Origin: an uncultured Candidatus Saccharibacteria bacterium
Lineage (GTDB): Bacteria > Patescibacteriota > Dojkabacteria > J137
Assembly (NCBI GenBank): GCA_964607415.1
Contig: CAZSKK010000002.1
Location: forward strand, 288,585-352,584
Length of the DNA: 64,000 nucleotides
Direction of reading: 5' to 3'
Each line of letters begins with the position of its first letter. Position 1 is the stretch's first letter. The notes under the pieces were generated by a model. That model did no database searches. It saw nothing but the letters and a program-made list of their open reading frames with translations, and was not told the origin of the DNA. Below, one piece after another: positions 24,416 to 34,667 of the stretch. The position numbers and the translations under genes are program-made.

Positions 24416-27400
24416 TTAATCATTGATTTCCTCAACTTCTTCGACTTGATTATCAAATGCATCTTCCGATTCTATCAATCCAAGTTTCATTTTTAATTGC
24501 TCTCCAAGTGGAACAGGTCTTCCGATTATAACATTTTCTTTCAATCCTCTCAAATGATCTACCTTGCCTATTAGTGCAGCATCAGTCAGTACTCTAACTT
24601 GTTGCTCAAATGATGCTGCTGATAAAAAGCTTTCTGTCCTGATCGAAGAATTTGTAATACCCAAAAGAATTCTTTCGTATTTAACAGGTCTCTTATCAGA
24701 TTTCACAAGCTCAACATTGCCAGAATCAATATCCAGGCTGTCAGCATAATCACCAGGAAGGAAAATTTCACTATCTCCACTATCTGTAACCAGACCATAT
24801 CTGGACATTTGTCTTACAATGATTTCCAAGTGTCTATCATCCACTTCTAAACCTTGAATTCCATAAACATACTGAATCTCTTTTATAATGTATTTTTGTG
24901 CAGCATAGATACCTTTGTACAATGCCAGTTCTTTAGGGTCAACAGAACCGAATGTAAGTTGGTCACCCATCGCTACAGTATCACCGTCTTTTACCATTAA
25001 ATCAGTCATCGAATTTACAAATTTTTCGATTTCGACTTCTTTATTTGCGTGAACAAGAACTTCTTTTTCTAAAATTTCAATTTTTCCAGATAATTCACTC
25101 TTGATTTCGTCTTTGTTTGACTTAACAATAAGAGTTTCACCAACTTTTACCTTGCCTCCATCTTTAATTACAACTGTATCGCCCTCACTAAGGTCATACT
25201 TCTTGTTTGTTTTCTTAAGTGCTGAAATTCTGATTTTGATTTTCTTCTTATCATCAATGATTGCAACCTTACCTGCAATTTCTGAGATTAATGCCAAAGC
25301 TTTTGGAGTTCTTGCCTCAAATAGTTCTTCTACTCTAGGTAAACCTTGAGTAACGTCAGATTTTGCAGCTCTAGCGTCAGATTTACTCTTAAGTGTTAAC
25401 TGTGTTGTAGGCTGTCCAAGAGCTTGAGCAGCAATAATTCCTGCTGCTTCTCCTATCTCAATTAATTTTCCTGTAGCATTATCAAAACCATAACATTTTC
25501 TACAAATACCATGTGATACCTTGCAAGTTAAAGCACTTCTTACTTTTACCATTGTAATTTCCTCATTCGCTTCGATTAGCTTTGAAACTTCTAAAGTTAT
25601 AGGTTCGTCTTTAGCTACAATAACTTTTTTTGTTTTTGGATCAATAACATCTTCTGCTGCGTATCTACCTTTAAGTCTATCGCCATATTTTTGTTGTCTT
25701 TGTTCGTTTCTATCTACATAAATTCCATCGTTAGTTCCACAATCATCTTGGTTAGTGATTATATCTTGAGCAACATCAACCAATCTTCTTGTTAGATAAC
25801 CAGAGTCAGATGTTCTAAGGGCAACGTCAGTCATTGATTTTCTAACAGCTTTTGCAGCCACAAAATATTGGAAATTATCTAATCCTGCAGCGTAGTTCTT
25901 AGTCAAAGGTAGGTTTACTCTATTACCATACATATCTGAAACATAACCTCTTACCCCTGAAATTTGCTTAACCCATGCGCTAACTGGAGTAGCTCCAGAT
26001 TTATCTAAGTCTAAAAGATTTTCAGTTTTTGGCTGGTTTACTGCAACTTTCCAAATCGAATCTTTAATTTCTTCAGATCTTTTCTCCCATTCTTTTTGTT
26101 TTAACCACTCAAGCTCCTTTTCAGTAATCATTCCTTCTGAATAATCTTCCATCAATTGATCTTCTTTAAGCTCATATTCTTTAAGGCCTGAATTTAAAAG
26201 TTCATCTGTACCAAATTTAAATTCGTCCATTGATACTGAAAATCCTAGCCTTGAAGCGTACTTAAAGCCAAGATCTTTTATCCCGTCTAATGTTTTAACA
26301 GTTTGATCTTTTCCGTATTCTCTAAAAATTCTAGATGATAATTGAGCGATATCAGATTTACTCATCGCTTTATTAATGTACTCCATTTCTGGTGGAAGAA
26401 CTCTATTGAAAATGATTCTTCCTGCTGTAGTTGTTACAACTTCTCCGTTTCTTAATACTTTTATTGGTTCAAAAAATTTTATATCATTTAAGTGATAAGC
26501 GCTGACTGCCAAATCATCATTACCAAATGCTTTAACTGCAGTTGATTCATCCCCTTTCATTAAAGTTAAGAAATAAATACCCATAGCCATGTCTTTCGCA
26601 ACATTTACGATAGGCATTCCATCTCTTGGAGATAATAAATTATCTTTTGAGAACATTCTATTTCTAACTTCTTCTACAGCCTTGTCCGATAACGGTAAGT
26701 GAACTGCCATTTGGTCCCCGTCAAAGTCCGCGTTAAAGCCTTCGCAAGTCATAGGGTGAAGTCTAATAGCGTTACCTTCGATTAGCACTGGGTAAAAAGC
26801 TAAAATACTTTGCTTATGTAAAGTTGGAGCTCTATTAAGTAGAACAGGTCTATCTTTACTAACTTCTTCCAAAATATCCCAAACCTCATCACTTGCTGAT
26901 TCGTAAATTGCCTTTGCTCTTGTAGGATTTGCTGCACTACCTCTTACTATTAGTTCTCTAATAATAAATGGTTTGAATAATTCCAATGCAATATTTTTTG
27001 GCAAACCGCATTGATGAAATCCTAATTCTGGACCTGAAATAATCACAGCTCTACCAGAATAGTCAACACGTTTTCCTAATAAGTTCTGTCTGAACCTACC
27101 TTGTTTTCCTCTTAACATATCCGATAGAGATTTATAAGGCATTTGTCTTGTGTTCAATGCTGGTGCACCAGGTTTGTGGCTGTTGTCCAATAAGGAATCT
27201 ACAGCTTCTTGTAACATTCTTTTTTCGTTTCTTAGAATGATTTCTGGTGCTCCTAAAGAAATTAATCTTTTAAGTCTATTGTTTCTATTTATTACTCTTC
27301 TATACAAATCGTTTAAATCATATGTAGCAAATCTACCACCAGGTAACTGAATAATTGGTCTTAGATCAGGAGGAATTACAGGCAAAACATCAAGAATTAC

Positions 27401-28351
27401 CCATGCAGGATTTACCCCTGATTTCATTAAACCTTTAAGAACTCTTAATCTCTGTATAACTCTAGATTTTTTTAACTGGGATTTGCTTGATCTTAAAACT
27501 TCTTCAAGATTTACAATTTCTGTTTCGAGATTTAATTTTTCTAAAAGATTTTTAATAGCTTCAGCACCCATGCCTGCTTCAAAAAAGAAAAGATTATTTT
27601 CTTCAAGTAATTGATGTTCTTCTTCTGATAGAGTGGAGCCATTAGTTATATTCTCAATCAATGATTTTAATTCAGAATATTTTTTATCTACATTATCTTG
27701 CTTTTGTTTAAACGCTGATTTTAATTTTGCCAATTGACTTTTTTCGTTATTAGCAATTCTTTCAATTTGAAGATCAGCTTTACTTTTAACTTTTTCTGTT
27801 TTTTTAACTTCATTCACTTGATCTGCAAATGCTTTCTGGGTTTCTTCTATTTTTTCCTTAAGTTCTTTTTCTGTTTCTGCTTCCTCGCTCTTTTTAAGAT
27901 CTGCTAGACTTTCTAATGCCTCTTTTTGCTTAGTCTCATCCACACTTGTTACAACATATCGTGCGTAGTATACAACAGTTTCAAGTTTTTTCTGAGGAAT
28001 ATCTAAGATTAAAGACAATCTGTTTGGAATGCCGTTAGAAAACCAAACATGAGATACAGGAGCTGCTAATTTAATATGTCCCATTCTTTCTCTTCTTACT
28101 CTTTTATGTGTTACTTCAACCCCGCATCTGTCACACACGATACCTTTGTATCTTACTTTTTTGTACTTTCCACAGTAACATTCGAAATCCTTTACTGGGC
28201 CAAAAATTTCTTCAGCCATAAGCCCACCTGGCTCTGGTTTAAAAGTTCTATAATTAATTGTTTCTGCTTTTGTCACCTCACCAAAGGACCAGTTAAGAAT
28301 GTCCTGTGGAGATGCAATAGAGATTTTAACGGCATTAAAGTCTTTAAGCAT
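24416..28351 (-). CDS. rpoC: RNA polymerase beta' subunit
   Basis: Zn finger C-x-CGKY...C-x-x-C, GKRVDYSGR, NRAPTLH, NADFDGD, SGYLTRRL, GLKENVI. Confidence 0.99.
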   Translation of the reverse strand: MLKDFNAVKISIASPQDILNWSFGEVTKAETINYRTFKPEPGGLMAEEIFGPVKDFECYCGKYKKVRYKGIVCDRCGVEVTHKRVRRERMGHIKLAAPVSHVWFSNGIPNRLSLILDIPQKKLETVVYYARYVVTSVDETKQKEALESLADLKKSEEAETEKELKEKIEETQKAFADQVNEVKKTEKVKSKADLQIERIANNEKSQLAKLKSAFKQKQDNVDKKYSELKSLIENITNGSTLSEEEHQLLEENNLFFFEAGMGAEAIKNLLEKLNLETEIVNLEEVLRSSKSQLKKSRVIQRLRVLKGLMKSGVNPAWVILDVLPVIPPDLRPIIQLPGGRFATYDLNDLYRRVINRNNRLKRLISLGAPEIILRNEKRMLQEAVDSLLDNSHKPGAPALNTRQMPYKSLSDMLRGKQGRFRQNLLGKRVDYSGRAVIISGPELGFHQCGLPKNIALELFKPFIIRELIVRGSAANPTRAKAIYESASDEVWDILEEVSKDRPVLLNRAPTLHKQSILAFYPVLIEGNAIRLHPMTCEGFNADFDGDQMAVHLPLSDKAVEEVRNRMFSKDNLLSPRDGMPIVNVAKDMAMGIYFLTLMKGDESTAVKAFGNDDLAVSAYHLNDIKFFEPIKVLRNGEVVTTTAGRIIFNRVLPPEMEYINKAMSKSDIAQLSSRIFREYGKDQTVKTLDGIKDLGFKYASRLGFSVSMDEFKFGTDELLNSGLKEYELKEDQLMEDYSEGMITEKELEWLKQKEWEKRSEEIKDSIWKVAVNQPKTENLLDLDKSGATPVSAWVKQISGVRGYVSDMYGNRVNLPLTKNYAAGLDNFQYFVAAKAVRKSMTDVALRTSDSGYLTRRLVDVAQDIITNQDDCGTNDGIYVDRNEQRQQKYGDRLKGRYAAEDVIDPKTKKVIVAKDEPITLEVSKLIEANEEITMVKVRSALTCKVSHGICRKCYGFDNATGKLIEIGEAAGIIAAQALGQPTTQLTLKSKSDARAAKSDVTQGLPRVEELFEARTPKALALISEIAGKVAIIDDKKKIKIRISALKKTNKKYDLSEGDTVVIKDGGKVKVGETLIVKSNKDEIKSELSGKIEILEKEVLVHANKEVEIEKFVNSMTDLMVKDGDTVAMGDQLTFGSVDPKELALYKGIYAAQKYIIKEIQYVYGIQGLEVDDRHLEIIVRQMSRYGLVTDSGDSEIFLPGDYADSLDIDSGNVELVKSDKRPVKYERILLGITNSSIRTESFLSAASFEQQVRVLTDAALIGKVDHLRGLKENVIIGRPVPLGEQLKMKLGLIESEDAFDNQVEEVEEIND

Positions 28352-28422
28352 ATTTTTTTAGTTAATAGTTATATTATTTAGCTATTAGCATTTAGCTTTT
28401 AGCAGATAGGTTTAATAATAAG

Positions 28423-31400
28423 TTAATTATTTTCTTCAATAACTTCTGTTGCTTCAGCCTTTGGCGTACCATTTCCAATGGAATCAATTATTTCTTCTAG
28501 AGCCATTTCTCCCATTTCCTCATCAATCTTGGCGTCAATTTTATCAAGTTTAATTGCAAGACCTGCAAGCTCTTTATCAAGAACGTTAAATGATTCAGGA
28601 ACGTTAGGAGCTTTGATTTTTTGACCAGAAATGATTGATTTGTAAGCGGCAGCTCTTCCCACCACATCGTCAGATTTAATAGTTAACATTTCATGAAGAA
28701 CTGTAGGTACTGCATGTGCTTCTAATGCCCATACTTCCATTTCCCCAAGCCTTTGACCTCCCATTTGAGCTTTTCCTCTTAATGGTTGTTGAGTTACAAG
28801 AGTGTATGGTCCAGTAGATCTTGCATGAACTTTATTTTCTGAAAGGTGATCCAATTTGAAGAAATGTTTAACTCCAACTGTTACCTTCTGGTCAAACTTT
28901 CTTCCGGTTCTACCATCGTATAAGTCGACTTTTTCTTCATAATCAACACCTTTTTCACGAGCCAAATCCAATAATGGCTGCATACTATATTTACTAAAAG
29001 GTTGAATTTCGACTTTGATTCCTAATTTGCTTGCCAATGCTCCAATATGGGTTTCAATAAGCTGTCCAATATTCATTCTACGAATCATAGATGCTGGGCC
29101 AAGAACAATGTCTACTGGTTGACCATCGGCCGTATGAGGCATGTCTGCTTCAGGAACAATCTTTGCAATAATTCCTTTGTCTCCGTGAAAACCTGTAAGT
29201 TTATCTCCAAGAGAAATTTTGTGAGTTTTTGCAACCCATACCTTTACTTGCTTTATAACACCAGCTCCAAGCTTTGCATGTTTTGCTCTATCTAAAATTT
29301 GAACTCCAACAACAACACCTCTTTCACCATATGGCATTCTTAATGAGTTATCTCTAACATCTCTTGCATATTCACCAAAAATTGCTCTTAAAAGTTTTTC
29401 TTCTGCAGTTAATTCAGTTTCACCTTTTGGAGCGATAATTCCAACAAGAATATCACCTGATTCAACACTTGCTCCAACTCTTATTACACCTTCCTCATCA
29501 AGATTTCTTAAAGCTCTTTCTCCAACTCCAGGAATATCTCTTGTGATTAATTCATCACCTAGTTTTGTTTCTCTTACTTCTTGAGCATATTCTTGAATAT
29601 GAACAGAAGTTAATACATCATTTTTGACCATTTTATCTGAAAGAACGATAGCATCTTCATAATTATATCCATCCCAAACCAAATATGCAGTCCTCAAATT
29701 GACACCAAGAGCAAGCTCACCATTTCTAGTGCAAGGACCATCAATGATTGGTTGACCTTTAGAAACTTTTTGTCCTGGCAATACAAGAGCAATTTGTGTA
29801 AAGCATGTGTTTTGATTTGTTCTTACAAATTTTTCAACTTCGTACACTTTTTTGTATTTATCTTTTCCTGCACCATATTCAACTATTATTTTGTCGCTAT
29901 CAGCTTCAATTACAGTTCCTTCTGCTTCTGCATAAACTGTTCTACCGCTAGCTTTTGCAGCTTCTTTTTCAAATCCTGTACCAACAATTGCAGATTGAGG
30001 ATTAACTAAAGGCACAGCTTGGTTTTGGGTTTTTGCACCGTAGAAAGCTCTGTTAGGGTCATCATTTCCAACTGCTGGAATTAATGATAATCCTAAACCT
30101 GCAATTTGAGCAGGGCTAATATCAATATAATCAAGTTCTTTTGTGGCAATTTTCTTGTAGCCTTTTGCAACCCTTACATATGAAGTTTCTTGTACAATAT
30201 TTCTATTCTCGTCCATTTCAATTGAAGCACTACCTATTTTTAGTTTTAATTCTTTATCTGTATCTAAGTAGGTAACTTCAGTATCAGCAAAAGGTATAAG
30301 TTTGATTGTTTCAACATCTGTTTTCTTAAGTTGATCTATTACTTTAGAAGTAAATTCGCTTCCTTTTTTTGCAATAACTTTTCCTCCTACCCTTAGATCT
30401 TCAGCAATTAACCTTCCTTTAAAGTTAGAAATTTTATCATTTTTCAAGTTAAATTCTTTGATTACTTTATGATATGGAGCTTCTAAAAATCCATATTCAT
30501 TAATCTTTGCATAAACAGCAAGTTGGTTGACCATACCAATTCCAGGACCTTCTGGAGTTGTAATTGCGCAAAGTTTTGAATAGTGAGAATTATGAACATC
30601 TCTAACTGAGAATGTCGCTCTTTCTTTCGTTAAACCTTTTGGACCAGTAGCTGTAATTTTTCTTTTAGCCTCAAGTTCACTTAAAATATTTTCTTGATCC
30701 ATGTATCTTAGTAATGCACTGCTACCAAAAAACTGATTAATTGCTGCACTTACTGGTCTTGTATTAATTAACATTGCAGGAGTAACTTTTTCATCTGATG
30801 AATAAGTACTCATTCTGTCTCTAATATTCTTTTCCATCAAAAGAACACCTACTCTAATTCTTTCACTTAAGATTTCATTGATACCTCTAATTCTCCTGTT
30901 TGAAAGACTGTCTATATCATCAGGAAGTTGAGTTCCATTATTAAGTCTTATAACTGCTTTGATTATTTCTACGATGTCCCTTCTTTTTAGAAGATAATCA
31001 GAAATTTTAATATCTTCTTCTATTCCAAGTTTTTTGTTTAGTTTATATCTACCAATTCTTCCAAGATAAAATCTTCTTTTATTAAAGAAAATATTTTCTA
31101 GAAATACCTTTGCATTCTCAAGTGTAACAGAATCTTCTGGTCTTAATTTTCTATAAATATCAATTAATGCCTCTTCGGTATTTTTTGTTACATCCTTTTT
31201 AAGGGTTGTATCAATATATTTGAATTCGCCAGTATCAGCATCGCCTATTGCTTTTCTGATTTCTGCATCTGTTCCATAACCAAGTGCTCTTAAAAGTGTA
31301 GTTAGTAGAATTCTTGGCCTTTTTTCAAGTAACTTAACGCTCATTACTCCGTATTTGTTAACATCAAATTCATACCATTTTCCTCTAAAAGGCATAAGTT

Positions 31401-31866
31401 TTGCAGAATAGATAGGTTTTTGAGAAGTAGATGCCTTACTTTCGGAAAATAATAATCCTTCTGATCTTAAAATCTGAAACACAACGACTCTTTCATTGCC
31501 ATTAATCATAAAAGAAGCTCTTTCACTCATTATTGGCATGTCACATAGAAATATTCTTTGTTTTTTAATTTCGCCAGATCTTTTATTAAGTAGTTTTGCA
31601 TTTACATAAACCGGAGCATCGTAGCTTTGTCCTAGAAGTTGTGCTTCTCTGAATTGAAGTTTTGGTTCACCCCATTCAACTGCTTCAAATGAAAGCACCC
31701 AGGTTGATCCAGTGTAGTCTTGTATAGGATTGATTTCATCGAATAATTCTTCAAAACCATTTTCAATAAAATCTCTGAAAAATTTTTTCTGAGCCTCCAG
31801 AAGATCCATTTCCAATGGAGTAGTTGGGTTTGTTGTGAGCTTGAGTCTTTTAGTAGGTTCAGCCAT
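28423..31866 (-). CDS. rpoB: RNA polymerase beta subunit
   Basis: INGNERV, TPEGP, GYNYED, RMNIGQ, HARSTGPY, GEMEVWALEA, KSDD. Confidence 0.99.
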   Translation of the reverse strand: MAEPTKRLKLTTNPTTPLEMDLLEAQKKFFRDFIENGFEELFDEINPIQDYTGSTWVLSFEAVEWGEPKLQFREAQLLGQSYDAPVYVNAKLLNKRSGEIKKQRIFLCDMPIMSERASFMINGNERVVVFQILRSEGLLFSESKASTSQKPIYSAKLMPFRGKWYEFDVNKYGVMSVKLLEKRPRILLTTLLRALGYGTDAEIRKAIGDADTGEFKYIDTTLKKDVTKNTEEALIDIYRKLRPEDSVTLENAKVFLENIFFNKRRFYLGRIGRYKLNKKLGIEEDIKISDYLLKRRDIVEIIKAVIRLNNGTQLPDDIDSLSNRRIRGINEILSERIRVGVLLMEKNIRDRMSTYSSDEKVTPAMLINTRPVSAAINQFFGSSALLRYMDQENILSELEAKRKITATGPKGLTKERATFSVRDVHNSHYSKLCAITTPEGPGIGMVNQLAVYAKINEYGFLEAPYHKVIKEFNLKNDKISNFKGRLIAEDLRVGGKVIAKKGSEFTSKVIDQLKKTDVETIKLIPFADTEVTYLDTDKELKLKIGSASIEMDENRNIVQETSYVRVAKGYKKIATKELDYIDISPAQIAGLGLSLIPAVGNDDPNRAFYGAKTQNQAVPLVNPQSAIVGTGFEKEAAKASGRTVYAEAEGTVIEADSDKIIVEYGAGKDKYKKVYEVEKFVRTNQNTCFTQIALVLPGQKVSKGQPIIDGPCTRNGELALGVNLRTAYLVWDGYNYEDAIVLSDKMVKNDVLTSVHIQEYAQEVRETKLGDELITRDIPGVGERALRNLDEEGVIRVGASVESGDILVGIIAPKGETELTAEEKLLRAIFGEYARDVRDNSLRMPYGERGVVVGVQILDRAKHAKLGAGVIKQVKVWVAKTHKISLGDKLTGFHGDKGIIAKIVPEADMPHTADGQPVDIVLGPASMIRRMNIGQLIETHIGALASKLGIKVEIQPFSKYSMQPLLDLAREKGVDYEEKVDLYDGRTGRKFDQKVTVGVKHFFKLDHLSENKVHARSTGPYTLVTQQPLRGKAQMGGQRLGEMEVWALEAHAVPTVLHEMLTIKSDDVVGRAAAYKSIISGQKIKAPNVPESFNVLDKELAGLAIKLDKIDAKIDEEMGEMALEEIIDSIGNGTPKAEATEVIEENN

Positions 31867-32094
31867 ATTTGTATAATAATTGTGTTAAATAAAGCCCATT
31901 GATAAAAAGGGCATACAAAAAGGCGTACTTATGTTTAAGTACGTTAAATTTTTAATTTCAAATTAAGAATTTCTGAAAAGTTTCCTTTTCTGCTTGGTGA
32001 AAATCATTATTTCTCTGCAAAACTACGTTTCACTTTATAACACAAAAAGAAGCAAAAGACAAGTTTAAAGATCAAAATAATAGTAATTGTGAAT

Positions 32095-32152
32095 AAATTC
32101 GAAATACTAAATCTGAAATTCTAAATAAATTGAAATCATAAATCACAAATTA
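32095..32152. repeat. Degenerate heptamer array
   Basis: AAATTCG AAATACT AAATCTG AAATTCT AAAT..AAATCAT AAATCAC; same family as 15498-15530. Confidence 0.7.
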
Positions 32153-32299
32153 GTTTCAAGATTCAAATAAAGTTAACTTGTTAATTCGTGCTGAGTTAAT
32201 TTGTAATCACCAATTAACCTTTTACCAGTCAACTAATTGACACTTATTGCACTAACCTGAAGCTCTCTTGCTCTCTACCTCTTGGGCTCTTGTGCTTAC

Positions 32300-32956
32300 T
32301 TACTTCCAGTCAGTAGGATCTATATTATTAACTACAGCATCTGCTTTAACTTCAATGTTAACAAGGTTAGCAGAAAGAGAGTTCTGACATTCACTTACAT
32401 CTTTTTCTTGAGTACATTTTACATATTCAGTGTAGTAGGCTTTGGGTTCTTGAATTAATGTTCCAGTTTCATCATCAATATTGATTGCAAATACAGAATA
32501 GATGCCTACTGGTACAACAAGTGAAAAATCTCTAGTAATGGCTGAAACAGATGCACAAAATCTTGAACTTTTATTAGAAGTATTTTCAGCACAAACAAAT
32601 TGATACTTATTAAATGATCCTCCTGATATTACAATTGGAACAACTGATCCTTTTATGATCCCAGACTTTCCATATTTCTCAAGTTGCTTTTTTAAAGAAT
32701 CGTTATCTATGTTTAACTCTTCGTTCATAGCTTCAAGGTCTGAGATTTTATTCTTTAACTCATTTACTTGTTCACTTGTGGCTTCTTCACCTTGGTTTTT
32801 ACCATTTTTAAAGTCATTAAACTCATTTTGTAGATCATTGTAGTCGTTCGTTTTTGCGTATAATGCAATACCCAAAACTATTGTAGATGCAATCAAAGTA
32901 AGAAATAAAATCACGACAAGAACTTTTAATAAATTTTTAACAACCTTTTTAAACAT
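32300..32956 (-). CDS. Membrane-anchored coiled-coil hypothetical protein
   Basis: N-terminal TM, heptad region, Cys-containing C-terminal domain ending PTDW. Confidence 0.7.
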   Translation of the reverse strand: MFKKVVKNLLKVLVVILFLTLIASTIVLGIALYAKTNDYNDLQNEFNDFKNGKNQGEEATSEQVNELKNKISDLEAMNEELNIDNDSLKKQLEKYGKSGIIKGSVVPIVISGGSFNKYQFVCAENTSNKSSRFCASVSAITRDFSLVVPVGIYSVFAINIDDETGTLIQEPKAYYTEYVKCTQEKDVSECQNSLSANLVNIEVKADAVVNNIDPTDWK

Positions 32957-33116
32957 AACAGAATGTGTAATAGTTATATAAAAATTTTAGCATGAAGATC
33001 AAGTATTGTGGATATGTATTCAAAAGCGGGAGAACTGTTGAAAAGTTTCAATGCTATAAAGTTTTAAAGTAAAAAGGTTTTAGCGTTATATAATTGAAAC
33101 TTTTCAACTTTCCAAA

Positions 33117-34595
33117 CTAAACCTCTACTTTCACCACTTTTTTTGCATTTCGTTGCGCTTTAGCATAAACAATTTGAGTTAACCCCAAACCGATAAAAGT
33201 TGCAAGAACACTACTACCACCGTAGCTTATTAAAGGCAAAGGAACACCAGTGATGGGCAGAATTCCTATATTCATTCCTATATTTTGAAAAACATTAAGA
33301 ATAATCATTGAGGCTACTCCAACACAAATAAGTCTTCCAAAAGTCCCAGAGTTTCTGCTGTAAGAAAGAATTCTTATTATAAGAATATAAAAAAGAAAAA
33401 TTATAAAACTTCCCCCTATAAATCCAGTTTGCTCAGCAATACTTGCAAAAATAAAGTCTGTTTCAGGAAAAGGTAATAACCCAGAGTTGACTTGTGTTCC
33501 TTTCATTAATCCTCTTCCAAAGATTTGACCAGCTCCAACCGCGGTTTTTGATTGTTCTTTATTCCAGTTTATACTTAAATTTTGGTCATTATCATTCGAA
33601 AGATAACTTTCAATTCTAGTCTTTTGATAATCCAGTAGTAAATAGTCATAAGAAATTGTTAAAAAGGGAGTAATTGAAAGTCCAGTTAGTAAAAGTCCTA
33701 AAAAAATAAATAGATTTCCTTTTAAAAATTTGATCAAAATTGCTATAAAAATACTTATTAATGTAAGAATAAGTATTTTTAAATCTAGATTGATATTTAA
33801 GGTGATTATTTCCGGTTGAAAAATTGCAATGCTAAAAACTAGTCCTAGTACTAAAGTTATAAAGTAAATGAAGACAGTTTTGGTAAGTTTGATTAATGAT
33901 AACAACATTAAAGTGTAAATAGCGCTTATTAGCAATGAATTTCCCAAAGAGTTCTGTTGAAATACCAGAGTAATACTTATAAATAAGCAAAAAAAACTTG
34001 TAGAAATTAAAATTATTTTTTGTAGATTATTCCTAAAGAAAATCTTTAGCAGCCCTGTATCGTGTTTTTGTTCATAAATATTATAGATTTTGCCTACGTT
34101 GCGTTTGAACTTATAACTTAGCAAAAAAGAAGTAGTAAGAATGATTGTAATTTTGGCAAACTCAGATGGCTGAAGAGTAAATCCACCAATAGCAATCCAC
34201 CTTTTGGCGCCATTTATTTCTGCGCCAAAAATTAATACCCAAATAAGTAAAACAATATTTAGGAAAAAACAAAAAAGAATAAATTCCCATTTTTTCAAAT
34301 GTTTTAAATCTACATTTGAAATAAAGATAAAAATAATCGTGCCGATTATGTAAAATAAAATCTGGTTCCAGAATAGTGGCGAAACACCTTCTTGTTTTAC
34401 ATAGGTTGTTGTAAAAATTGCCACACTTCCTGCGATAGAAATTAGTGCAATTAAAGCAACCATTATAGGGTCTAGTGGTTTTAAAAAAATTGAATTTTCT
34501 CTCAACGTAGAGCTCGAACTCTTAAATATATCTGTTTTAAACTTAATCTTACTTGAGGTTTTATTAGTAAGGTGACCTTTTTGTCTCTTTTTCAT
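33117..34595 (-). CDS. SEDS protein FtsW/RodA
   Basis: GAKRW, QPSEFAK, TDFIF, P-x-TGVPLPLISYGGSS. Confidence 0.93.
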   Translation of the reverse strand: MKKRQKGHLTNKTSSKIKFKTDIFKSSSSTLRENSIFLKPLDPIMVALIALISIAGSVAIFTTTYVKQEGVSPLFWNQILFYIIGTIIFIFISNVDLKHLKKWEFILFCFFLNIVLLIWVLIFGAEINGAKRWIAIGGFTLQPSEFAKITIILTTSFLLSYKFKRNVGKIYNIYEQKHDTGLLKIFFRNNLQKIILISTSFFCLFISITLVFQQNSLGNSLLISAIYTLMLLSLIKLTKTVFIYFITLVLGLVFSIAIFQPEIITLNINLDLKILILTLISIFIAILIKFLKGNLFIFLGLLLTGLSITPFLTISYDYLLLDYQKTRIESYLSNDNDQNLSINWNKEQSKTAVGAGQIFGRGLMKGTQVNSGLLPFPETDFIFASIAEQTGFIGGSFIIFLFYILIIRILSYSRNSGTFGRLICVGVASMIILNVFQNIGMNIGILPITGVPLPLISYGGSSVLATFIGLGLTQIVYAKAQRNAKKVVKVEV

Positions 34596-34667
34596 TGCAG
34601 GTAAGAAAGATTAGTTAGATTAATTAGTTTAATTATGCTACAATCACAAAGCTAAATTCAATTATAT

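Noticed and set aside
33007-33016. DnaA-box-like TGTGGATAT
   Set aside because: Isolated single-mismatch hit with no cluster or origin context
7008-33117. Periodic intergenic arrays as CRISPR arrays
   Set aside because: Units are 7-8 nt and degenerate with no unique spacers; no cas genes in the window
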